Assembly: GCF_001545095.1 (NCBI RefSeq)
Contig: NZ_CP013213.1
Span: 180,001 to 212,000 of the forward strand
DNA from: Erysipelothrix larvae
Lineage (GTDB): Bacteria; Bacillota_I; Bacilli_A; Erysipelotrichales; Erysipelotrichaceae
Reading direction: 5' to 3'
DNA: 32,000 nt
A program made the translations under genes and the position numbers. Below, one piece after another: positions 8,378-15,155 of the stretch (positions are counted from its first letter, which is position 1; each line of letters starts with the position of its first letter). Below the pieces are notes generated by a model. The model saw only the letters and a program-made list of their open reading frames with translations, had not been told where the DNA came from and did no database searches.

Positions 8378-9930
8378 TGACATTTAGACCTTCAAGGAGC
8401 CACTTTAATTGTTGGTGCGTTAGTTTTTAATGATGGTTCAATCACAAATCTTGTGGGATGGCACATTCCTAACATAGGTTTTCCTACTTGCATCAATTAA
8501 CTTTAAGAAGAAGTATTCATCATCAGGGTAACCATAACCTTGTCTTCGTAGAGTCTTGATTTTATTATTGATACCTTCTATTTTACCCGCAGAAATCTTA
8601 ATAGTTGCATGAGCGATGATTCCTTCAAAGTGATTGTCTAAGAGTCGTCCAAACCATTGAAAGTGTTTGTTTTTTGTAGCTTGACAGATTTCGACAATTG
8701 AACTGATTTCATCTGCCATTTTACTCTCATCATTAAGGGTGTATGCGTAGCGCAATTTCTCTTTTACCACATCCAGTGTGAAGATTAATGCATTCTCTTT
8801 CAATAGTTCATCGTAACGTACTTCATGACCTTCTTTACGCGTAATGTTGGGTATATTAAATAAAGAACTGCCTTCCTTGATAATCTTTCCATTTCTGGCT
8901 TCATTGTCTTTTCTAATGAGCGTTTCTCGTGATGACATTAAGATGTATCTTGTCTTCTTAAGTGCCGCAGCAGCCTCTATATTCCCTTCATTCTTCAAAC
9001 GATTTTGCTCATCCTTGCGAACCTCGTTGATGACCTTATCATTAAAGTTTTTGATGATATGAAAATGATCAAATACAACTTGGATGTGTTCGCATTTTTC
9101 TTCAAACGCTTCTTGGTAATTTGAGTTCATATCGCATGCAACAGCTTCAACGTGATCCATCCACTTTAGGCCAACATGCTCTATAAAATCATAGACGACT
9201 TGCTTCTTCTTTCCGTGTGCAATCCATAAAATGTGACCCGTTTCCATATCGATAATATGGGTTGCATACTTATGTCCATCATGGAGTTTAAACTCATCAA
9301 TGCCTAGGTATCGTGTGTAGTCCTCTGGTTTCTTTAGTACCTCGCCATCAATTGTATAGAGTTCTTTCAAGCGTTTGAGGTCGATGGCTTTAACAGTGTT
9401 TTTCCCTAATCCTGTAATCTCAGCGACTTGCTTGAGGGTATATGTTCCAATACTGAGTAGGTCTCTTGTATAGTTTTCAAGTTCAATAGTAATAAAGTGG
9501 TTTTCAGCCTTAAACGGTACACTCTGCATCTTTGAATTCCTACAAGAAACACAATAGAATTGGGGTCTATCAAAACGAACATGCATCAGTGTTGCACCAA
9601 TACTTAAATGCCTTAGTGTGCACGGTTTACGATTGTTTATATGCATCACCTTACCACAACCGCTGCATACTTTATCTGTTTCTTGAACTTCTAAAATACC
9701 ATGCATGCAATAAGCATCTCTTTGGGATCTTGTTGTTTCGATTGTGGTGTTGGTGTTATGAAATCCACGGAGTGTATTAGGGATTAAGAAATGATTTAAA
9801 CATAGTTCTTGTGATTGGGTTAGTGTCTGTGTATAATTCATGTATGGACCTTCCTGTTTGTTTATTCTGCAAAATAAATTCTACAGTAAGGTCTTTTTTC
9901 ATTCAAGTTGTTATTATTTTACAAATGTCA
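8378..9930 (-). mobile_element. ISL3-family insertion sequence nested in the IS66 element (boundaries approximate)
   Basis: An intact ISL3 transposase gene lies between IS66 tnpB and tnpC. The only terminal inverted match I can see is 8 bp: TGACATTT 8378-8385 and AAATGTCA 9923-9930. Conceptual excision of 8378-9930 restores a continuous tnpB frame. No target duplication found. Confidence 0.55.
8438..9841 (-). CDS. ISL3-family transposase (467 aa, apparently intact)
   Basis: N-terminal Cys-pair zinc-finger region (CSGCGKVMH ... YCVSCRN). DDE region with GIDEFK, ACDMNSNY and VFDHFHIIKN. C-terminal EGINNKIKTLRRQGYGY is typical of ISL3 transposases. Confidence 0.9.
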   Translation of the reverse strand: MNYTQTLTQSQELCLNHFLIPNTLRGFHNTNTTIETTRSQRDAYCMHGILEVQETDKVCSGCGKVMHINNRKPCTLRHLSIGATLMHVRFDRPQFYCVSCRNSKMQSVPFKAENHFITIELENYTRDLLSIGTYTLKQVAEITGLGKNTVKAIDLKRLKELYTIDGEVLKKPEDYTRYLGIDEFKLHDGHKYATHIIDMETGHILWIAHGKKKQVVYDFIEHVGLKWMDHVEAVACDMNSNYQEAFEEKCEHIQVVFDHFHIIKNFNDKVINEVRKDEQNRLKNEGNIEAAAALKKTRYILMSSRETLIRKDNEARNGKIIKEGSSLFNIPNITRKEGHEVRYDELLKENALIFTLDVVKEKLRYAYTLNDESKMADEISSIVEICQATKNKHFQWFGRLLDNHFEGIIAHATIKISAGKIEGINNKIKTLRRQGYGYPDDEYFFLKLIDASRKTYVRNVPSHKICD

Positions 9931-10227
9931 TTCACAGGCAATCCCACATAAAAAGTGATTGACCCTTAATGATGATGTATCATTTGGCTTTGGCCACTTG
10001 AATTTCCCACTTTCCAGCCGCTTATAAAAGAGCCAAAAACCATTCCCATCCCAGAAGAGCACTTTTAGTTTGTCTCTTGAACGATTGCAAAATAAGAAAA
10101 GGCTTGATGAGAAAGGATCAAGTTTCATCGTTCCAGAAACGAAAGTGCTGTATCCATCAATCCCTTTTCGAAGATCAGTATAACCCTGTGCAATGTACAC
10201 ATTCTTAACTTTCGTAACATCAATCAT
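9928..10227 (-). CDS. tnpB: IS66 accessory protein TnpB (Orf2), 3' end apparently replaced by the ISL3 insertion
   Basis: YIAQGYTDLRKGIDGYS and DPFSSSLFLFCNRSRDKLKVLFWDGNGFWLFYKRLESGKFKWP are the IS66 Orf2 signature. The ORF stops at a TGA that lies inside the putative ISL3 terminal 8-mer. Confidence 0.8.
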   Translation of the reverse strand: MIDVTKVKNVYIAQGYTDLRKGIDGYSTFVSGTMKLDPFSSSLFLFCNRSRDKLKVLFWDGNGFWLFYKRLESGKFKWPKPNDTSSLRVNHFLCGIACE

Positions 10228-10504
10228 ACTTAGCAGCCTTCAAAATCAAAGAAAGCAACTTCGGATCCACTTCATCCATTATTTCAATCAAGTGTCCATT
10301 CACTCTAAACTTCATAGAATTCTCGGCCTTCATAATGACTGGAAGAAATGGTGTCTCCTGCTCTCGCATACGTTTTCTTAAAACGCAAAACCTGGATGTG
10401 GAAACAGTGTGTTTTCTACAATATTCTTTCATGGTTAAGCCTGATGTCTCAAAACCATCAATAATTTCTTTCCATTGATCATGAGTATACTTCATTAATA
10501 TCAC
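10220..10504 (-). CDS. tnpA: IS66 accessory protein TnpA (Orf1, small HTH protein)
   Basis: 94-aa ORF overlapping tnpB by 8 nt, in the canonical first position of IS66 elements. HTH-like segment SGLTMKEYCRKHTVSTSRFCVLRKR. It lies 62 nt inside the terminal repeat. Confidence 0.7.
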   Translation of the reverse strand: MILMKYTHDQWKEIIDGFETSGLTMKEYCRKHTVSTSRFCVLRKRMREQETPFLPVIMKAENSMKFRVNGHLIEIMDEVDPKLLSLILKAAKYD

Positions 10505-10540
10505 CTCGATATAATCATATCTCTAGCGATTACAATTTAA

Positions 10541-10566
10541 TATACGGGTCGTAAATTTACGCTTAC
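10541..10566. repeat. IS66 terminal inverted repeat (tnpA-proximal end)
   Basis: ...AATTTACGCTTAC is the reverse complement of the GTAAGCGTAAATT end at 6665. Confidence 0.75.
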
Positions 10567-10643
10567 GAAGGAATAACACGATCACTTTAGAAAGTATAAA
10601 AGAAAAATATAGTGTTCCTTTTTGGTTAACCAACTATTCAATT

Positions 10644-11069
10644 GTGTTTGACACGAGTGATCAAATGCTTGATCAAATGATAAGTGCGATTAATATTAGA
10701 ATGCTCTACTATTTTTGGATTCTTGGTTCAGAAAATGAATCAAGAATTCCAAATTATACGCACACTGTACTTTCTAACTATGCGAAAATAAGGAATAAAG
10801 GTGTTTTAGCAAAAATAATCGAAGACAGTTTAGTACTGTCAGATGACTCTGACAGTAATTCTATCATTATTATAGAAAATGAAGGAAATGTTGCTATAAA
10901 TAAGGTCAATGATATCTATGAGAATTCGGATAAGAATGACCAATATAAACTTGCGAAACTAAACAATAAAGCGATTATAAAAGCACTTAATGAGGATTCA
11001 ATAGTAATAAGTGAATATATTGAACATGAATTTGGAAGTCTAATTAATGATATTTTGTCGATGTCATAG
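10644..11069 (+). CDS. hypothetical AT-rich ORF (141 aa from GTG), possibly the 3' part of a gene cut by the IS66 insertion
   Basis: The reading frame is open from the IS66 boundary (10567) through to 11069. No SD precedes GTG 10644 or ATG 10665. The acidic, Asn/Ile-rich product matches no family I recognise. Confidence 0.3.
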   Translation: MFDTSDQMLDQMISAINIRMLYYFWILGSENESRIPNYTHTVLSNYAKIRNKGVLAKIIEDSLVLSDDSDSNSIIIIENEGNVAINKVNDIYENSDKNDQYKLAKLNNKAIIKALNEDSIVISEYIEHEFGSLINDILSMS

Positions 11070-11117
11070 TATAAATCACTAAATTCTTATTCTACAATGC
11101 ATAACAATAAATAATAA

Positions 11118-11154
11118 AAACAGGCTCAATTGGTTACTAGAATTGAGCCTGTTT
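11118..11154 (-). terminator. strong hairpin, terminator-like on the minus strand
   Basis: Perfect 14-bp stem aaacaggctcaatt / aattgagcctgttt with a 9-nt loop. The U-tract (tttttattattt) follows only on the minus strand; on the plus strand it is followed by aagtagg. Confidence 0.5.
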
Positions 11155-11556
11155 AAGTAGGTGTTATCAACTATATAAACACACGTTACATAATAATTAT
11201 GCTAAGAATAAAAAAAATACAATTTGTTTGAGTCAGTAATTCAAAGGTCACCTACATAGCATTATGGTGAATATCTTACATAATGGTTTAATCACGAAAC
11301 TAAGGAAGCCAATTAAACAAAGAAACAACCAAACCGATTGGGATGTCTTGAACTATATGTTATCCCTGTACAGACTAAGTTACTCTTTGCCAGCTTGGGT
11401 TTAATTTGGTTGGTGTAATTATAGTACATAATGGATTTCTATAGGTATCACTTAAACGTCTAAATAGCAATGTTTTTTTGTTGGTTTTTTTCACTATTCA
11501 TTGTCTGATATATGTTAGGATGTAAGTATCACCGAAAGGTAGAGTGGGGTAATAAT

Positions 11557-12188
11557 TTGAATAGAATATTTAAGAATTTTAGTATATTTGTTTTATCTAT
11601 ATTAATACTAACGACAATGATTGTACCTGTGAGTGCTGAATAGACGAGTTCTTCATCGCATGATTTAAACTTACTCATGGAAGAAATTGAGAATAATTTT
11701 ACATATGAGAACGGTGTATTTTTGATTAATGAAGAAGAAATAATCCACTTAATTGATAATTTTGATTTCACTTCGATGAATAAAGAGTTTGGGACAGACT
11801 ACAACAAAGATAGTTTTAGAAAAAAACTTTTGAATTAATATATAAATATAAAAAAGAAACCGAGAATAGGCAAAGTAATAGATTTAAGCGATATCTATCA
11901 TTTCCGCACCATAACGCAGTTGCTGTTGAATCAAGATGGAACTCTATCAGAATATGGATTCCGTCGTATAGAGTTGAAAGAGTAGTGAAAGCCTTTGAGG
12001 GTGATTTAGACTTTTCGAGTGCTGATAATAAACTTGAATTGCTTGCTGAGACACTAACGTGGGTTTATAGAGCAACTAAAGCCGCTGAAATGAGAAAGAA
12101 AAATACAGGGTCAGGAATTGTATATGATTTTAATCATTATATAAATCGGCTGACGATAATTAACCAAAAGGGACCAGATCCATTCTAA
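11557..12188 (+). pseudogene. decayed gene for a secreted protein (signal peptide, three in-frame stops and one frameshift)
   Basis: A TTG start with upstream gagtgggg gives the signal peptide LNRIFKNFSIFVLSILILTTMIVPVSAE, followed at once by TAG (11641-11643). The same frame then stays open except for TAA 11836-11838 and TAG 11983-11985. It continues after a frame change as the 67-aa ORF 11985-12188. Confidence 0.35.
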
Positions 12189-12219
12189 CAAGTACGAGAC
12201 GTAGGGAGGGATTTTACAG

Positions 12220-12387
12220 ATGAAAAAAAAGAATGAATCAGAATCGTTAGAGGATGTTTTTGTTGGATTAGTAAAAGGTGCTGTAATAGGCGGTATCATT
12301 ATGGCACTCACACAAAATCCATCAATCGGTCTTATTGCATTTGTTTTTGGTGCAACAGGCTTGCCAGATTTCCTGAAACGAAAATAG
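12220..12387 (+). CDS. small membrane protein, 55 aa, Gly-rich two-helix (below the ORF-track cutoff)
   Basis: ATG preceded by the strong SD GGGAGGG (12204-12210, 9-nt spacing). Product: MKKKNESESLEDVFVGLVKGAVIGGIIMALTQNPSIGLIAFVFGATGLPDFLKRK. Hairpins follow, including a terminator at 12475-12506. Confidence 0.5.
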   Translation: MKKKNESESLEDVFVGLVKGAVIGGIIMALTQNPSIGLIAFVFGATGLPDFLKRK

Positions 12388-12474
12388 TTTGCTTATTGAA
12401 TAATGTAAAGACTAAGGTTTGGTTCTTTAAAATCTGGTGTTGGTGGAAGCCAAACCATAGAATCTTAAGTTACG

Positions 12475-12506
12475 GTACTCGCTAGAATTTCTAGTGAGTA
12501 CTTTTT
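12475..12506 (+). terminator. rho-independent terminator
   Basis: 11-bp stem gtactcgctag / ctagtgagtac (one G-U pair) with loop aattt, followed by ttttt. It overlaps the stop codon of the convergent ISL3 fragment. Confidence 0.55.
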
Positions 12507-13243
12507 ATTTCCAATCTTACCATAGTATTACAAATTAAGAGAACTCTTGTTCTAAAATTTTCAAAACTTCGATAGCCAAATGCTATCCGCTTAATCACTT
12601 TGATTAAGTTATTTGTTCCTTCTAAACGGCCGTTAGAGTATGGATACTTTAGTGCGTTTGAGACTGATACTTCATATTTTGTTAACGTATTTATTGCTTT
12701 CTTCATCTGTTTCGATATGTTCTTAGGTGGGTCATTTAGAATCTCTAAGAGTGTGGTGATGTTCTTATTACGGATTGCTTGAGTTAAACGTTGATGCACC
12801 CAATATGTTTCTTCCAATATCTTATCAACTCTTAATAAATCATCGACAACCATGGATTCGTTCATCAAGTGTCGATAGCATCGATAATAATTGCTGTTAT
12901 TATTATCAAGTTTGAGGTTATCTTTTAGTATCAGCTTCCAATAGGTTTTAAATTTTGTCTTCGAGTTTGGTTCGTCGTTCATAACAGAAATGCGCGTTGA
13001 ATTGAGTGCACGATTCAAATGTTGAACGATATGGAAACGATCCGTAATGATTTCAGCTTTATGAAAACATGATGTGTTAAGCTGCATATACGGTTCATAC
13101 ATATCAATAGAAATGGTTTCGACTTGATCATTATGCAGTGGTTCAAACAGTAATACAAACCAGTAATTTACAAGGGAAAAACACCCTAAAACAAATCGAG
13201 GATATCTTTGACTTAGAACACTAAGTCTTGGATATCCTTTTTG
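12491..13243 (-). pseudogene. ISL3-family transposase, 5'-truncated (C-terminal ~45% only); a different subfamily from the copy at 8438-9841
   Basis: ETISIDMYEPY, IITDRFHIVQHLNRAL and YSNGRLEGTNNLIKVIKRIAFGYRSFENFRTRVLL align with the C-terminal half of ISL3 transposases and with the intact copy (VEAVACDM / VFDHFHIIKN / EGINNKIKTLRRQGYGY). The zinc-finger and N-terminal DDE parts are absent. The frame is open only back to about 13243. Confidence 0.8.
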
Positions 13244-13299
13244 CTAGCTATCTTCCTCTCGCTGAATGGTTACCCGTTCAAGACAAATAGTGTATAAAA

Positions 13300-13482
13300 C
13301 TAACTGTTTGACTTTACAAGATAGGGCAGGTGTGGTATTATTCATACGTTATCAATATACCAAAGACAGTAACGGGGAAACCTTAATCATGTTACCGAGG
13401 TTGAAGTTTGAATGTATAAAACTTTTTAACTCGTGTCTTGGATACGAGTTTTTTAAATGGGTGTAGTTGATGAACAGTGTAG
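13300..13482 (+). promoter_or_regulatory. probable ribosomal-protein L10 leader (autoregulatory 5' UTR of rplJ-rplL)
   Basis: About 180 nt of non-coding sequence lies directly upstream of rplJ and ends in an intrinsic-terminator-like hairpin just before the rplJ SD. This is the arrangement of the L10 leader in Firmicutes. I could not verify the conserved L10-binding fold by eye. Confidence 0.4.
13428..13454 (+). terminator. attenuator hairpin within the rplJ leader
   Basis: aactcgtgt / atacgagtt stem (7 Watson-Crick pairs, plus a G-U and an A-U) with a short loop, followed by tttttt. It lies 30 nt upstream of the rplJ SD GGAGGTG. Confidence 0.5.
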
Positions 13483-13497
13483 ATGGAGGTGAATCAT

Positions 13498-13998
13498 TTG
13501 CGTACAGAAATACTAGAAAGTAAAAAGGAACTCGTTAGCGAGATTCGTGGAAAAGTTGAAAATGCAGCTTCTACAGTAGTCGTTGAATACCGTGGACTTA
13601 GCGTTCAAGAAATCACAAATCTTCGTAACCTTCTTCGTAAGGAAGACATTGAATTCAAAGTATACAAGAACTCAATGTTCCAACGTGCAGTTGAAGATAC
13701 AAGTTTCGATAGCTTAAAGGAATCACTTACAGGACCTAACGCTGTAGCATTCAGTAATGATGCTGTTGCACCAAGTCGCGTATTAGCTCAATTTGCTAAG
13801 AAGCACAAGAAGTTGGTTCTTAAGGCAGGAGTTGTTGACGGTAAAGTCGTCAATGCAGATGAATTAAAGGAACTTTCAACATTACCAAATCACGATGGCA
13901 TGATTTCAATGCTTCTTGGTATGTTCCAATCTCCAATTAGAAGCTTTGCTTATGCTGTTAGCCAAGTGGCACAACAGCGCGAAGAAGCTGGAGAATAG
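13498..13998 (+). CDS. rplJ: 50S ribosomal protein L10
   Basis: [33 protein letters not shown] and TGPNAVAFS are typical L10 blocks. The track ORF starts at ATG 13483, but that ATG lies just upstream of and abuts the SD GGAGGTG (13486-13492). TTG 13498, 5 nt after the SD, gives 166 aa, the same length as B. subtilis L10 as I recall it. Confidence 0.9.
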   Translation: MRTEILESKKELVSEIRGKVENAASTVVVEYRGLSVQEITNLRNLLRKEDIEFKVYKNSMFQRAVEDTSFDSLKESLTGPNAVAFSNDAVAPSRVLAQFAKKHKKLVLKAGVVDGKVVNADELKELSTLPNHDGMISMLLGMFQSPIRSFAYAVSQVAQQREEAGE

Positions 13999-14063
13999 TT
14001 GAATTGAGCCTTGGCTCAAACCATAAGACATATACGTCTATTATTGAAGGAGGAAATATTAAG

Positions 14064-14435
14064 ATGGCTAAATTAACATCTGAAGAACTAATTGCTTCTC
14101 TTAAGGAGATGACAATTTTAGAGCTTAACGAATTAGTAAAAGCAATTGAAGAAGAATTTGGTGTAAGTGCTGCTGCTCCTGTTGCGGTTGCTGCTGCAGC
14201 TGAAGCTGAAGAAGTAGAAGGACCAAGCGAAGTATCTGTAATCCTTAAAGAAGTTACAGGTTCAAAAGTTGGAGTTATCAAACTCTTACGTGAAATCACA
14301 GGTCTTGGTATGATGGAAGCGAAAGCTCTTGTAGACAACGCACCATCACCAATCAAAGAAAACATCAAACCAGCTGAAGCAGATGAACTTAAGACTAAGT
14401 TACAAGATGCTGGTGCTGTAGTAGAAGTTAAGTAA
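14064..14435 (+). CDS. rplL: 50S ribosomal protein L7/L12
   Basis: [39 protein letters not shown], then an Ala-rich hinge, then a C-terminal domain with [15 protein letters not shown] and AGAVVEVK. The SD GAAGGAGG precedes ATG 14064. The track start at 14004 is an upstream extension. Confidence 0.95.
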   Translation: MAKLTSEELIASLKEMTILELNELVKAIEEEFGVSAAAPVAVAAAAEAEEVEGPSEVSVILKEVTGSKVGVIKLLREITGLGMMEAKALVDNAPSPIKENIKPAEADELKTKLQDAGAVVEVK

Positions 14436-14474
14436 TTAAGACTAAGCTAAAGGCCCAAGGTGAGGTGATTGTTT

Positions 14475-15074
14475 GTGAGTCATTACTTTACAGACAATAC
14501 AAATCTAAAACAAAACCGGAGAGAAATTTCTTTCCGGTTTTTAGGCATTGATTATACACTGCTCACAGATGATGGTGTTTTTTCAAAAGACCATCTTGAT
14601 ATCGGGACTGAAACTTTACTTGAAAGTTGTATGGACTTAGATATTAAAGGGAGCGTGTGTGATCTGGGTTGCGGAATTGGAGTTATTGGTGTCGTGCTAG
14701 ACCGTAACTTCGAGGTCGAAATGACAGGAGTTGATGTAAATGCGCGTGCCGTTGAACTTGCGAATATAAACTATCGCAAGTATGACGTTAATGGCACAAA
14801 CATCGTCCAGGATGGTGTCAGTGGTAATTTTGATTCAATTATCACAAACCCTCCAATAAGAGTTGGGAAAAAAGTGTTGTATAGACTTTTCCAAGAAGCA
14901 CATCAAGCCCTTAAGACAAACGGGTCCTTAATTTTCGTAATGAGAAAACAACACGGTGGTAAAAGTGCACAAGCATATTGTGCGACACTTTTCGGTAATT
15001 GCACCCCCATTTATCGCGATCGTGGCTTTATTGTATACCAAAGCATTAAAGTGTTTGACAATAAAGAAAATTAG
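14475..15074 (+). CDS. class I SAM-dependent methyltransferase (RsmC/YbxB-like small rRNA methyltransferase)
   Basis: SAM-binding motif VCDLGCGIGVIG and catalytic-type motif ITNPPIRVGK. It sits between rplL and rpoB, as ybxB does in B. subtilis. GTG 14475 is placed 6 nt after the SD GGTGAGGTGA, whereas the track start TTG 14469 abuts the SD. Confidence 0.8.
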   Translation: MSHYFTDNTNLKQNRREISFRFLGIDYTLLTDDGVFSKDHLDIGTETLLESCMDLDIKGSVCDLGCGIGVIGVVLDRNFEVEMTGVDVNARAVELANINYRKYDVNGTNIVQDGVSGNFDSIITNPPIRVGKKVLYRLFQEAHQALKTNGSLIFVMRKQHGGKSAQAYCATLFGNCTPIYRDRGFIVYQSIKVFDNKEN

Positions 15075-15155
15075 GTGTATTATAGTAAATTGCATAAGAG
15101 TGTGCTTTTATGTACTTTTTTTGATAGTTTGTCGGGTACAGAAAGGATGGCATAG

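Larger units (their letters stand above)
6665..10566 (-). mobile_element. IS66-family insertion sequence (tnpA-tnpB-tnpC), defective and carrying a nested ISL3 element
   Basis: Terminal inverted repeats begin with the IS66 hallmark GTAAGCG. The left end reads GTAAGCGTAAATTAAACAGGCGTATT. The reverse complement of the right end reads GTAAGCGTAAATTTACGACCCGTATA. The first 13 of 13 positions match, and 20 of 26 overall. The three-ORF IS66 organisation lies inside. No intact 8-bp target duplication: flanks are attagaat and gaaggaat. Confidence 0.8.

Noticed and set aside
6657-10574. 8-bp target-site duplication for the IS66 element
   Set aside because: The flanks attagaat and gaaggaat share only the last four bases, so no duplication can be claimed.
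12220-12387. The 55-aa peptide as a double-glycine-leader bacteriocin precursor (…AVIGG then IIMAL…)
   Set aside because: The leader fits the consensus poorly at the -7, -12 and -15 positions. Neither ABC exporter in the window has an N-terminal C39 peptidase domain. The Gly-Gly is better read as part of a TM glycine-zipper.
13266-13466. 66-aa plus-strand ORF upstream of rplJ
   Set aside because: It overlaps the rplJ leader and its attenuator hairpin, has no SD, and its product has no recognisable features. The region is better explained as a regulatory 5' UTR.
13958-14368. 136-aa minus-strand ORF with an Ala/Ser-rich product
   Set aside because: It is antisense to rplL. Its openness comes from the GCT/GAA-rich sense strand of the L7/L12 hinge. 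No RBS is present.
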